Below, piece after piece: positions 12,569 through 25,951 of a stretch of DNA of 64,000 bases. Every line of letters begins with the position of its first letter. Within the stretch, counting starts at the first letter, position 1. Source of the DNA: the human T2T-CHM13v2.0 reference genome, Homo sapiens; NCBI RefSeq assembly GCF_009914755.1, contig NC_060931.1; one strand, written 5' to 3'. The notes beneath the pieces were generated by a model. The model searched no databases, was not told where the DNA came from, and was given only the letters and a program-made list of their open reading frames with translations. The position numbers were made by a program, and so were the translations under genes.

Positions 12569-12660
12569 CTTTCTTCTACAAACTACCTTAAGAAAAATGG
12601 ATTATCCAGGGATAGGAAAGTCAGACTGCATCTGCCAGTGCTGTGGTCATTTGTACAGGA
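12569..12660 (-). pseudogene. Candidate 92-nt exon
   Basis: acceptor ccttccctccAG, donor AAG|GTGAGG; phase 1 to 0 frame ends ...KVVCRRK (two stops). Confidence 0.4.
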
Positions 12661-12775
12661 CTGGAGGGAAGGAGTGGCTGTCACACAGGTCTCATACACG
12701 GGATTTTCTTAGAATCACAGGGCAAGTTCCATTGTTTCAGCTTTCCTTGTGAAAAGGATTTAAAAGTAAACAAGA

Positions 12776-13072
<297 letters not shown>

Positions 13073-14239
13073 TACAGTAAACAAAAGAGAAGCCTCAGAT
13101 CCTTCCTTCATTCTAGCAGATTTTGAAAGAACAGGGTAATGGGCACAGAGAAGACATATATATATATATATATATAAATTAACATATACTATAATATTAT
13201 TGCATGTATAATGATATATTCTATATGATAAAGGATTCGTTAGAAAAAATGGGGCCTAGGACAAATTACGTTAAGAAAATGACTTGTAAGTTGTAACAAA
13301 AAAACAAATAGGTTCATATATTATTTTCCAAGATAAATTTCCAATAGGTTCAAGAATTCAATCTAGAATTTGCTATAGAAGTGACCATTTTCTGGTGGGT
13401 GAAGGGCATGCTAAACACAAAATAATAAAATTAACCACAATTGGAACAAAATGATAGATTGGATGTCGTGAGAATTTTAAACATCTTTTAATTGCAAATA
13501 AAATACCAAAAATTTTTCAAAAAAACATTTGCTACTCAGGTCACAAAAAAGCGCTAATTATGTAGAGAAATCTCAAACAAAATGTATTACACCTTAATAT
13601 CTAAAAGAAACACACACACATGTGCACACACACAGATTAAACATAAACAGACAGTCATCAGAGGAGAAATTATAAAGGGTAATAAAAATATGGGGAAATC
13701 TGTACCATGGCTATCCCCTCCTCATGGGACATTATTCTCTCCTCTCTCCATTTAACTTATGTTCAACTGCAATAACTTTATGAAAGTTATCTTCTGTGTG
13801 AGATACCTCACTTTTCCATCTGGGCCGCCACAGCTTCATATAAACTATTATTGCTTTGTTATATTCATTTTTTAGTAAAGATTTATTGAGAATGTACTCA
13901 CTGATGCTTTTTTAGGCACAGAGATTCAACAGGAAATCAGAGATATGTCGTTACCAGCTTCATGGAGCATGCTTTTTATTACAACGAATGCATGTGTGTC
14001 TGTCTAGCCTGTGAATCCTTTGAGGACCTGAATCACATCTCTTTCATCTTTGTCTTCATATCCCTAATGCCTAATATGCTATCTGAGACAGAACTAATAG
14101 TCAATTTCTGATGAATCCATTCACAGCTAGATCACTGCCCTGTAAGTATGTTTCTAAGCAGAAATATAAAGCGAGATTTACACAGATTTTGTTGCAACTT
14201 ATTAATAACAGTAAAATAATGGTATCAAACTAAATTTAC

Positions 14240-14780
14240 ATGGTAGTTAGTTTCTAAAGACAGTTTACCAGTGAACCATGCCTCAGTGTATTTACAGCCT
14301 TGGATGATCATCTCCCAAGTGAATTTTGACCAGTCCTGTGTAACCAATAGAGTGAGGCTGAAGTGGTTGTTGTGACGTCCAAGATTAAGTCATAAGGAAA
14401 ACTGGAGTATCCACCTCAGTTTGTGTTTTAGAATGTGGATTCTGGTAGAATCCAGCTGTCATATACAACATCTGACTATCCTGAAAATGCCAAGAAGTGA
14501 GGAAGCCCAAGCAGTCACATGAAAGGCTGAATGGAGAGGGAGTGATGCCTGGCTGGCCCTCAGCTATTCAAGCCATTCCCACTGAGGCATCAGATATGAG
14601 AGTGAACATCCAGCCCAGTTCAACCTTCTGATGATGCCACCATCTGAGCAACTGCATGAGAGATCTCAGGTAAGAACCCACCCAGCTGAATGCAGTCACC
14701 CACAAAATTAACAGATATATATTTTTACTTTGAAGCTACATTTTATTATGCACATTTTATTAAGTAATAAATAATCAGAA
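14240..14780 (+). mobile_element. Old MaLR LTR (MLT1F/G/H-like)
   Basis: gtgaggaagcccaagc..cacatg...cagcccagttcaaccttctgatga...aacccacccagctga. Confidence 0.65.
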
Positions 14781-16360
14781 AATATTCACCCACCAGATAG
14801 CATAGCCTGCAGCCTCTTAAATAATAGTTATAATAAGTTTTTAAATGTCTAGAAAATCCTTATGGTATACTATTAAGCAAAGTAAGCAGAATTGCATATT
14901 CAATGTAATCCCAACTATGTAAAGAAAAAAAAAAGAATAGAAAAAACTGGAAGGAAATTTACCGTTGTGTTAACAGTAATTGTCTCAGGGTAGTGATATT
15001 ATGATTTTTGTTCTACTTCCTTTTATATTTTAGCATGAATTTCATTAATAAGCATAGAATTTAAAAAGCAAAGAACAGCTTTGTACCCAATACAGAATCA
15101 ATGACCCAAAGAAATAGCCCTGGCTTTACGTGTTTCTGTCCTGAATGACAAAGAAACACATGCTCTCTTTCGAAAAGTAGTCATGGAAGAGATGGTTACA
15201 GCTTTCCCTTTACACATTTTATGGGCAGCACACTGTGCTGATACAGAAGTTCAATTTTTTAAAGACATGTTCAATTTATTCTTTTTCACTTGAAAACTAG
15301 TCAAATCCGATGTCTAGATTAATCAGAAAGGAATTTGGCTCAAGTTTAACTTCTGAGTCTTTCCTTGAAACATTTCCATCTTCCTTTCCTAGGAAATTTT
15401 TTTATTTAACTGTGATATAATTATTCATGTACCATGAAATTCATGCTTTAAAGTTTGTGATCTAGTGAATTTAGGATATTCACAAAGGTGTAGAACCAGC
15501 ACCACTATCTAACTCCAGAACACTTAGATCACTCTGACAAGAAACTCCTGCCCACCAACAGTCAGTCCCATTATCTCCCTCCTGGCCCTGGAAACCACTA
15601 CTCTAACTTCTTTATATATAGGCTTGCCTATTCTGATTGTTTCATATAAATGGAATTATTATACAGATGCAACTTTTGTGCCTGGCTTCTTTCAGGTAGC
15701 ATAGTGTTTTCAAGGTTCATCCATGTGGGAGCATGTGTAAGTACTTCATTCCATTTAATGGCTGAATCATACCCCATCTTATGCCACTTTTTAAATACAT
15801 TTATCAACAGATAGACATTCAAGTTGTTTTTCCATTTCGGCTGTGAGCATTCACATATTGTGAACATAATGCAGCTGTGAACATTCATGTATAAGATTTT
15901 GTGTCATCATTTGTTTTCAATTGTCTTATGTATATACCTAGAGTGGAATTGCTGGGTGATTTGGTAGCTGTATACTTCACTTTTTAAGGAATTGCCAGAA
16001 TGTTCTCCAAGTTGCAGCATTTCATATTTCTACCAGCAATGAATGAGGGCTCTAATTTTCCACATCCTCATCAATACTAGTTACTGTTTGTCTTTTGTAT
16101 TCTAGCCATCCCAAGGGGTGTGAGGGGATATCTCATTGTGGTTTAGATTTGAATTTCCTTAATGACGAATGATGTTGAGCAGCTTTTCATGTCCCTATCG
16201 GCCATGAATTTTTTCTTTAGAAAAATGTGTATTCAAATCCTTAGCCCATTTAAAAATCGGGTTATTTGTCTTTTTATTATTGAGTTGTAAGAATTTTTTA
16301 TATATTCTGTATACTTGACCCTTATCAGATGTATGATTTGCAAATATTTTCTCTCATTTT

Positions 16361-17415
16361 TGTTGCGGGAAGTCAGGGACCCCCAACGGATGGACCGGCT
16401 GAAGCCATGGCAGAAGAACATAAATTGTGAAGATTTCATGGACGTTTATTAATTCCCCAAATTAATACTTTTTTAATTTCTTATGCCTGTCTTTACTGCA
16501 ATCTCTGAACATAAATTGTGAAGATTTCATGAACACTTGTCACTTCCCCAATCAATACCCTTGTGATTTCCTATGCCTGTCTTTAATCTCTTAATTCCAT
16601 CATCTTCATAAGCTGAGTATGAATGTCACCTCAGGACCCCGGGATGATTGCGTTAACTGCAAAAATTGTTTAAACAATATGAAATCTGGGCACCTTGAAG
16701 AAAGAACAGGATAACAGCAATGTTCAGGGAACAAGGGAGATAACCTTAAAGTCTGGCTGCCTGTGGGCCGGGTGGAACAGAGTCATATTTCTCTTCTTTC
16801 AAAAGCAAATAGGAGAAATATCACTGAATTCTTTTTCTCAGCAAGGAACATCCCTGAGAAAGAGAATGCACCCCTAAGGGGAGGCCTCTGAAATGGCCAT
16901 TTTGGGGACATCTGTCTTTTATGGTTGTAGATAAGGGATAAAATAAGCCCCGGTCTCCCGTAGCGCTCCCAGGCTTATTAGGACGAGGAAATTCCCGCCT
17001 AATAAATTTTGGTCAGACCGGTTGTCTGCTCTCAAACCCTGTCTCCTGATAAGATGTTATCAAAGACAATGCGTGCCCAAAACTTCATTAGCAATTTTAA
17101 TTTTGCCCAGGCCTGTGATCTCGCCCTGCCTCCATTTGCCTTGTGATATTTTATTACCTTGTGAAGCATGTGATCTCTGTGACCCACACCCTATTCATAC
17201 ACTCCCTCCCCTTTTGAAAATCACTAATAAAAACTTGCTAGTTTTGCAGCTTGGCGGGCATCACGGAACCTGCCGACATGTGATGTCTCCCCTGGACACC
17301 CAGCTTTAAAATTTCTCTCTTTTGTACTCTTTCCCTTTATTTCTCAGACCAGCTGACACTTAGGGAACATAGCAAAGAACCTATGTGAAATATCGGGAGT
17401 GAATTTCCCCCAATA
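16361..17415 (+). mobile_element. ERVK (HML-8-type) solo LTR, MER11
   Basis: tgttgcgggaagtcagggaccc...gaagccatggcagaagaacataaattgtgaagatttcatgg; 6-bp TSD catttt/tatttt. Confidence 0.92.
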
Positions 17416-17929
17416 TATTTTGTGAGTTTTCTTTTTACCTTCTTGATAGTATCTTTTGAAGCACAAAGTTTTTAAATTTTGATTAAGTCCAATATATCTA
17501 CTTTTTTATTGTTGCTTGTACCTTTGGGGTCATATCTAAGAAAGCACTGCCTAATCCAAGGTCACTAAGATTCACACATTTATGTTTTCTCCTAAAAGTT
17601 TTGTAGTTTTATCTCCTATATTTAGGTCTTCAGTTAATTTTTGCATGAAGTAGAAGCCCAATGTAATTATCTTGTATGTTATATCTATCTAGTTGTTGTA
17701 GCACCATCTGTTGAAAAGACAGTTTTTGTCTCTGTTGAATTACACTGACATCTTTGTTGAAAAATCAATTGTATGGATTCATTTCTGGAATCTCAAGTTT
17801 ATTCCATTGATCTATATGTCTATCCTCATGCCAATACCAAACAGTCTTGATTACTTTGTAGTATGTTTTTAAACTGGGAGGTGTGAGATTTCTAACTTTG
17901 TTCTTTCTTTTTAAAATTGTTTTTGCTGG

Positions 17930-18223
17930 GATCACACCTGTAATCCCAGGACTTTGGAAGGCTAAAGGGGTGGATCACCTGAAGTCAGGGGTTTGAGACC
18001 AGCCTGGCCAACATGGTGAAACCCCAGCTCTACTAAAAATACAAAAATTAGCCGGGCATGGTGGTGCGCACCTGTAATTCCAGCCACTCAGGAGGCTGAG
18101 GCAGGAGAATCGCTTGAACCCAGGAGGCAGAGGTTGGAGTCAGCCAAGATCGCGCCACTGTACTCCAGCCTGGGCAACATAATGATACTCCTTCTCAAAA
18201 TAAAACAAACAACAACAAAAAAA
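17930..18223 (+). mobile_element. Alu (AluS), slightly 5'-truncated
   Basis: tcacacctgtaatcccagg... dimer and A-rich tail. Confidence 0.9.
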
Positions 18224-18656
18224 ATGTTTTGGCAACTCTGGGTTCCTTGCATTTCCACATGAAGTTTAGAATCAGCTTGCCAATTTCTAGAAAAAAAAGA
18301 GGCACCTATGATTTTGATAGGTATTGTGTTAAATCTGCAAATCAATTTGCAGAGTTTTGCCATCTTAACAATATTAAGCCTTCCAGTCCACAAACACAAG
18401 GTGTCCTTCCATCATTTAGGTCTTCTTCAATGTCTTTCAATGATGTTTTGCAGTGTTCAGGGCACAAATCTTGCACTTTTTTGTTAGATTTACTCATAAG
18501 TGTATCATTCCTTTTTATGTTACTGTACATGAAATTGTTTTCTTAATTCCAATTTTAGATTGTTCATGCATAATACATAGAAGTATAATTGACTTTTGTG
18601 TGTTGGTTTAGTATCCTACATCTTTGCTGAACTCACTTATTGGCTCTAATAGCCTT

Positions 18657-18663
18657 TGTGTCT

Positions 18664-18706
<43 letters not shown>
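18657..18706. repeat. (TG)n microsatellite
   Basis: directly visible. Confidence 0.95.
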
Positions 18707-18709
<3 letters not shown>

Positions 18710-19574
18710 ACATTTTCTCAATAAAAGATCATGTCATCTGAAAATAGAATTTTGCTTCTTTCTTCCCAATCTGGGTGTCTTTTGTTACTTTATTTCTTAT
18801 GAGCAGAGTTTCATCTTGGTGCTTTCGTCATTCCTGAATGATGCAAGAAGAACAACATGCAACTTATAGGGCTTTGGGTAAAAGCTGTATTTCCCTCCGT
18901 GGAAGCTGGGACAAGTCACAACCTCAGATGCTCACCCATCCCTGATGAAGATGTATAAATCTTGAGTCACTGCAGCTCCAGTCTTCTCCAGCTGAGCCCA
19001 ATGGTAGACTTCATCTTCTAAGCTGATCCCTGGCCCTGCAGCTTGACTTTCCTCTCCCCATTTAAGACTTAAAATTCATCCTCTGTCTTATAACTTAGCA
19101 GATGCTTATCTCAGCCCCTGGTGGGTGTGGCCGTGGAGGGGCAGCTTTGTTCCTGTATCTGCTGGGTGGTTTTTTGCTGCATTCAGACTTTCCAGGGCCA
19201 AAGACACCACAGGCCATAGCAGAACTTGGACTCTAACCCAGTCATTCTCATGTCAAGACTGGGTTAGAGTCCTCACTATGCCACTTCCTCTCCCACTAGG
19301 CCATGTCCTCAGGACAGGAAGTCCAGCCTTCCTGCAGCCACCTGAGAACTAGATAGAGTAGATCTCATGAGGAAAGGGGAAGTTAAAAGGGAAATTCCAA
19401 AGTTTAGAAAATATTTCAAGGAGAGTAGTGTAGAGAAAAGGAGAAGGGATCCAAACATTGTTGAATATTTCTTTAGGGCAAGGTGATTTGATTTTTCATA
19501 ACTATTCTCATTTAATTAATACCAGGGAGGCACAGTTATATTCCTTTTATAGGCAAAGAAACTGAGATCGCTAA

Positions 19575-19769
<195 letters not shown>

Positions 19770-20339
19770 TAAATAATGCTCAAAATTATAGATCTGGATT
19801 TAAAACTAAATCCTAATCCTATATTCACTTGACTCCGGGACTCTGGCTTCCCCCCACTGCAGCCCAAGAAGTAACCTGCCCAAAGTAAATAATAGCAACA
19901 AATAAATTTAAAAATGTTACTTAGCAAGTGGCATAAAACAATAAAACAGAGCTGAGTAAGGTGTTTGTGTTTAGTATATCCAGGTGTCCCCTATTAAGGC
20001 TCATCCCTCACCTCTAGCCAAGAAATCAAATTGTGATATTCAATTAACTGAGAATTAGGCCGCTCCTTTCAGGAACCTGCCAATACACATAATAAACACA
20101 AACGGGCTCTGCTGAGTAGAACAATGTGAACTCAAGAGTGAACAGCTGTGAAGGCAAGCCTTGGCTCTGCCTCTGACCAGCCATGCACATCTGGGCAAGT
20201 CACTTCCCCTAGATTCCATTTCCCCATCTGCAAAGTGGGCACTGCAAGACCTACGTCACCGGTTTGCTGGGAGAATAGCATAAGTTTCCCAGACCTCCAA
20301 CCTGGGGATATTAAACAGGGCTATACCAGCAGCATTACC

Positions 20340-21450
20340 TGTATGTCCCTAACTCTTCCCGGAGAAACCACAGAATAGCCAGCACCTCCTCCAGGCACAC
20401 CCACACCACAGTACACACAGAAACACAGTAGGGTGTTTCAGCATTCTTCCTTACAAATTCGCCAGCCACCAAGCACCACCTCCATTCTCTGCTTCTCTTG
20501 TGCTAGGACTTTAGGATGAAATTCACTGTAGTTCCCCCACACCCTGTAATAGAATCCATAAATGAGCCCTCCTGATATGTCCAGAGCTGCTGCTGGGCTG
20601 CCTCCTGCCACTGCTGCCCTGTCCTGCTGGGCCTTCCCACCTCCTAGGGCATCTCCATGGGACACGGGAATCCACTAAAGCTCATGCTTGTGCCAAGATG
20701 GTGCTGTGGGACCCCACCCCATGCCCTGATCCCTGCAGAAGGGAGAGGAAATGCCCTCCTTCTCCACACCAGGTTACACATGGGTGCACGGTCCCCTGTG
20801 TCTTGCAAAGTGTTTGTGAACACACATTCTCAGTTTCTCCTCATGACCCTCCCATTCCCAGGATCCTGCCAGATGTCCTCAGGACCTGAGCTGGGGGATC
20901 GATTCTAGAGAGGACACCATACTCTGATCAGAATTGCCCTGGCTCCACACCAGTCCAGTCCTCCAGCTTCCTCTTTCCTTGCGGGGGAGGGTCCCCCACT
21001 GCTGTTTCTCCTACGGGGAGATGGAGGGAGCTGGAAAAGAGATGAACAGATGAACTCTGCCCTCATCATCCTGAGAAGCCCTTCCCTGCTGCCCCACTGC
21101 AACTCTGAGTCCCATACCAACAAGGGCAGAAAGTTGGCAAGGCCACGGAGCCCCTGGCCTTCGCTAGTCAGGGGATGTCTCCTGGAGAATACACAGCCGC
21201 TGCTCAACTGTCATGGCAATAAATAACCCAACCACAACTGTCCCCTGGCCTGCCTCCTGGTGAGAAACACTCATTCCCGGCAGGGACACAGGCTCTGAGA
21301 GAGCCTCTGTCTCCCAGGAGACTGCTGAGGAGGGTGTTTCCAGGGTCCTGTGGGCTAAGTGACTCATCACCCACAGAGCCCCAGAGGCCGGCTGTTTGCA
21401 GCTGGAACTGGGTCTCCTGAGATCCAGAGCAATGGAGGGCAGTACCCTCG
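20340..21450 (-). pseudogene. Putative relic of up to three tandem SRCR (scavenger receptor cysteine-rich) domains
   Basis: unit 1 HCSGSQE..GLWGSVGDESLSPQD..GQGT..CHDS/EQRL; unit 2 in one frame EGRVH..QWGTL(x11)LVWSQ(x28)WEGHEEKLRMCVH..H..CTH..GV; unit 3 weaker. Anchor Trp codons at about 21383, 20998 and 20610. Confidence 0.4.
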
Positions 21451-21464
21451 GCCCTGTGTCAGGT

Positions 21465-21830
21465 CACAAAGGAGTTCTGGAGTTGGATGGTGGTGATGGC
21501 TGCACAACAGTGGGAACGTCCTTAATACCATTGAACCACACGCTTAAAACGGGCTACCATGGTAAACATTATGTATATGTTATCACAATTACTTAAAATA
21601 TTTGAATTCAGAGAGAAAAATACATAATATATAAGAAATATTATATATATAATGTATATACACCAATATTCATAAATAATCTGACTAGTAATTTACAAGG
21701 GATCTTTTTACTTTTCTGTATTTTCTGAGTTTTTCTTTTAGTTTGCTTGTAGTACCTTTGTAATAAGATCAATAACAAGAATTGTTCATTAGAATTAACA
21801 GTTATAACAATAAGCCTTTTCAAAGAAGCA
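21465..21830. mobile_element. L1M 3'-end fragments
   Basis: gttctggagttggatggtggtgatggctgcacaacagtg motif. Confidence 0.7.
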
Positions 21831-22009
21831 CTTTCAAAAATCCTTCCTGTGTATTTCTCCTGTCAATCACTTGTTCAGTGGCTGGAACACAGACATGTCT
21901 GAGGGGCTCACTGCCCTCTCTCACCAACCATGGCTACCAGAGTGACCAATAAAGGGGCCTGGGCAACGGTTCCCTCAGACCATCCTTCCCTGCTCCGAAC
22001 CCTTCACCG

Positions 22010-22315
22010 CCCTGCCCAGCTCCAAGATGTCTCCACCTGCAGCCTCGCCTCCCTTCTCCTCCAGCCTCGCCTCCCTCCTCCTGCAACCTCCCTTCCCTCC
22101 ACCTCCAACCCCGCCTCCCTCCACCTCCAAACCCGCCTCCCTCCTCCTCCGGCCCCGCCTCTCTCCTCCTCCAGCCCCGCCCACCTCCACCTACAACCCC
22201 GCCTCCCTCCAACCTTGCTTCCCTCCACCTCCAACCCCGTCTCCCTCCAAACCTGCCTCCATCCTCCTCCAGTCCTGCCTTCCTCCTCCTCTGATCAGCC
22301 TCCCTCCTCCTCAAC
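22010..22315. repeat. C-rich degenerate minisatellite (cctccacctccaacccgcctccct-like units)
   Basis: directly visible; strong pyrimidine/purine strand asymmetry. Confidence 0.9.
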
Positions 22316-23190
22316 TCCTTAACTCATGATGGATCGTAAGCCTAAATGGAAAACGTAAAGTGTAAAACCTTTAGAATCAAACACAAAAAAATATTGTGTG
22401 AACTTAGATTAGGCCAAGAGTTATCAGATATGACTCCAAAAGCAAGACCCACAAAAGAAAAATTACTAAGTTGGATTTTATCAAAATTTTACCTTTTATG
22501 ATTCAAAAGACACTGTTAAGAACATAAAAGTGATAAGCCAGAGAATGAAAGAAAATACTTGCAAGTCATATATCTGACAAAGGACTTATATCTGGAATAT
22601 AAAAAGAATATTCAAAGCTCTACAATAAGAAAACAGCCCAACTTTCTTTTTAAAAAAAAGGGCAAAGGATTTAAACAGATATTTCACCAAAGACAAGATA
22701 TCAAATGGCAAATAAGCACATAAAAAGATTGTAAACATTAAGAAAATCAAAACTAAAACCACAATGATATATAACTGCACATCTGTTAGCATGGGGAAAA
22801 AAAGGCTGACAACACTGCATGCTAGAGAGAATATAGCAAAACAGGAGCTTGGCTGGGTGCAGTGGCTCACACCTGTAATCCCAACACTTTAGGAGGTTGA
22901 GGAGGGCGGATCACCTGAGTTCAGGAGTTAGAGACCAGCCTGACCAACATGGTGAAACTCCGTCGCTACTAAAAATACAAAAATTAGCCGGGCATGGTGG
23001 TGGGAGCCTGTAATCCCAGCTACTCGGGAGGCTGAGCCAAGAGAATCACTTGAACCCAGGAGGCAGAGGTTGAAGTGAGCTGAGATTGCACCACTGCACT
23101 CCATCTAGCCTGGGAAAGAAAGAAAAACAGTATCTCTAATTCATAGCTGAAGGGAAAGCAAAATGGTGCAGCCACTTTGGCCAACAGTTT
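22316..23190 (+). mobile_element. L1M fragment containing an AluS at about 22851-23128
   Basis: ttgcaagtcatatatctgacaaaggactt, aaatggtgcagccactttgg; Alu dimer inside. Confidence 0.85.
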
Positions 23191-23603
23191 CACACTTTAT
23201 TACATTTTCCACGCTCTTAGATGAAACCACACAGGTCAGTGAATGGCCAGATCAGGTGAGGTTTGAGGGGAGAGCTTTGCAATCTTCACCATGTGACTTC
23301 CATCCCTAGGTTTGCATATTCCTACTTCCCAGCCAATAGGAAGAAGGGAAAACAGAAAGTGAAGTGAAAACAGCTTTATCATAAAAACAAAAAGGTAAAA
23401 AGAAAAAGTCAAAAACATCAATATTTGAAGATGATATGATCATGCACATAGAAAACACAAGAGGATCAATAAACTATTGAAAATAGCAAGAGAACTTAGC
23501 AAGGTTTATGGAAATAGGAGCAATATACAAAATTAATAGCATTTCTCCACACTTTAATTTTTTTTAACTGAGAAAGTAGAATAAAAAATAAACTACACAT
23601 TTA

Positions 23604-23785
<182 letters not shown>

Positions 23786-24804
23786 AAAATACCAACCAAA
23801 ACTATAGAAATACCAACCAAAACTATAGAGAACCTCAGAATCCACCTAAAAATACAGAAGGTAGTTACTGATGTATTCGACTACATCAAAGTTGAAAACA
23901 TCTTTTCAAAAACAAAGTTAAAAATCAAATGGTCTCCTGGGAGATGGGTATTTTTAAAGCCTACAGCAAACAGTATCTAGGTTCTGGATGTATACAGTAT
24001 CTAAAATGCACAGATAATTCTTACAAATCAAAAAAGAGAGAGAAGAAATATATTAGAAAAGTGAACAAAAGATAAAAATTGACAATTGAGAGAAGCAACC
24101 TGAATAACTAACAAGTATATGAAGAGGACCCTGATTCATTAGTAATAACAAAAGCACACATTTAAATAATGACAACATACTACTTTGTGTAAAGTATAGA
24201 GAAGACGTGAGTAGACAGGTCCCTGTGCTCTGCTGGTGTGAGTGTGGAGTGGCATGCTGCTCTGCACAACAGCGGGGCTATACTTGGTGAGTTTACAGAT
24301 GCATCTGCCGCACAACCAGCCATCCCACTCCTCATTATAGGTCACACAGAAGCCCTCGCACACACCCATGACAGCATGCATTGCAGCCCTCAGCGGTAAC
24401 AAGGAACTAAAGGCCACTTAGGCTGCCAGTACAGCCAAGGAGGAGGGAGAAGGGAGCAAGGAGGAGGGAGAAGGCAGGAGCCATCAGTATGTCCAGAGAT
24501 TGCTATGTGGCCCTGGAAACACCAAGTCTGGGGATGATCGGGTGTGGGATAAATCAGGGGAGGGTGATGAGTGGAGCTCATTCTCCCACACTCCCTTCAG
24601 ATCAAACTGATTTGGGAGCACCATGGAATGAGAACAATGTCAAATGATGTGTGAGGAAAGAGATTCACATAAGGAGAATATTTGCAGTCTTATGGCCACA
24701 GCAGTTTAAAAGCTAGAGACAGTTAACCTGGAGAACAGATTTTAAAGGACAGACATTACCATAAAAAAAGATAAAGTCACTTTATTACTTCTGTCTCTAC
24801 ATAC

Positions 24805-24951
24805 AGTAACAGTGAGGTATGGAGATGTACATTTTAGCTCAGTAACAGAATGTATTGTCTAGAATCAGCAACATCAAATGGACAAAGGAAAATCCAGCAG
24901 CTCTCAGCAGGTTGCCAGAAACAGGCCATGCCATGAGGCCTGGGCAGACTC
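24805..24951 (-). pseudogene. Candidate 147-nt exon, IPT/TIG-like
   Basis: acceptor caatctcttcatgtctcAG, donor GTATGT; pieces PVSGNLLRAAGFSF and HSVTELKCTSP in different frames. Confidence 0.4.
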
Positions 24952-25951
24952 CTGAGACATGAAGAGATTGCAGTCATGTCCACGGCAGCAGCAGCAGCAG
25001 CATCTCTTGCATTGGTCAATGTCTGCTTGGATTCAAAATGGTGTTAGTTGCTTTACACATAATAATCTCAGTCTACAAATTGCTACACCTGCAAAACCCA
25101 TTCTGCAGATGAGTAAACTGAGAGTTAGAAAATGCACTTGCAGAACTCAGATTTGAAGTCACTCCTTTGACTGCAGTCTATCTTCTTCCTGTTTGGAAGA
25201 CCTATCTAGATAGGCTTAGCTTCAGCATCTCAAAGGCACAGAGAAAACAGCCCTGCAGGATCTCATGCAAGAAATATGGGTTAAGGGGCATAGTTCCAAG
25301 AGTACCAGCCAGGATCTGTATGACCCTGGCTGGATGGTGACAGACTTGAACATCAGCAGAGACAGGAGTGGCATAATCCTCATGCCTCCCCACTCCCGGA
25401 ACTGGCATGGCAGGCATAAGCTGAATGGAGGGCCAGGGAGTGGTCAGCCCTCTGGAAATCACAGACCAACCCTCCTTCAGCCTTGGCTGGAAGGAAGCAG
25501 GGAGGCACATGGGGCCTGCAGACCTACTGTTCACCCAGGTGGACAACGTGATGAACTCCAAATCACCCCAGGACTTGGGGAAGGGCCTGGACCACCCTCA
25601 AATGCCAGAGAACACACAGAAAACTAATAGGAAGGGCTGGGGAGGAGCCAAAGGGGGAGGATGGGCTTCATCCCCCTAAAGCAGTGCTTCCAGAGTAATC
25701 GATTCCAGGGCAATTCCTTATTTCATAATAATGAATGAATGAACAGGACAAAGGAAGGGTGGTATTTAGGAGCAAGGAGAGGAGGCCATGGAGCCACCTA
25801 TATTAGGAACTGTCACCATCCCTCACCTCAGGCAAAGAGGTAAATAAATGCTCAGAACAGACACCTAAAGGGCCCACAAATAAATGGCTGCAAGAAACTA
25901 CTGAAATGTAGTTGCTTAGTATGATTTTTAGATTATACACAAAAATAAGCA

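Larger units (their letters stand above)
15395..18790 (-). mobile_element. L1M (L1MB-like) 3' portion, interrupted by MER11 and an Alu
   Basis: antisense L1 motifs: tatatacctagagtggaattgctgg, gatgttgagcagcttttcat, ccatctgttgaaaagac, gccatcttaacaatattaag. Confidence 0.85.

Noticed and set aside
20500-20575. FYYRVWGNYSE resembles IZUMO1 FYRVWGN
   Set aside because: Only about 6 residues match, with no flanking similarity; treated as coincidence.
21930-22329. Pro-rich and Gly/Arg-rich ORFs on both strands
   Set aside because: Produced by the C-rich minisatellite.
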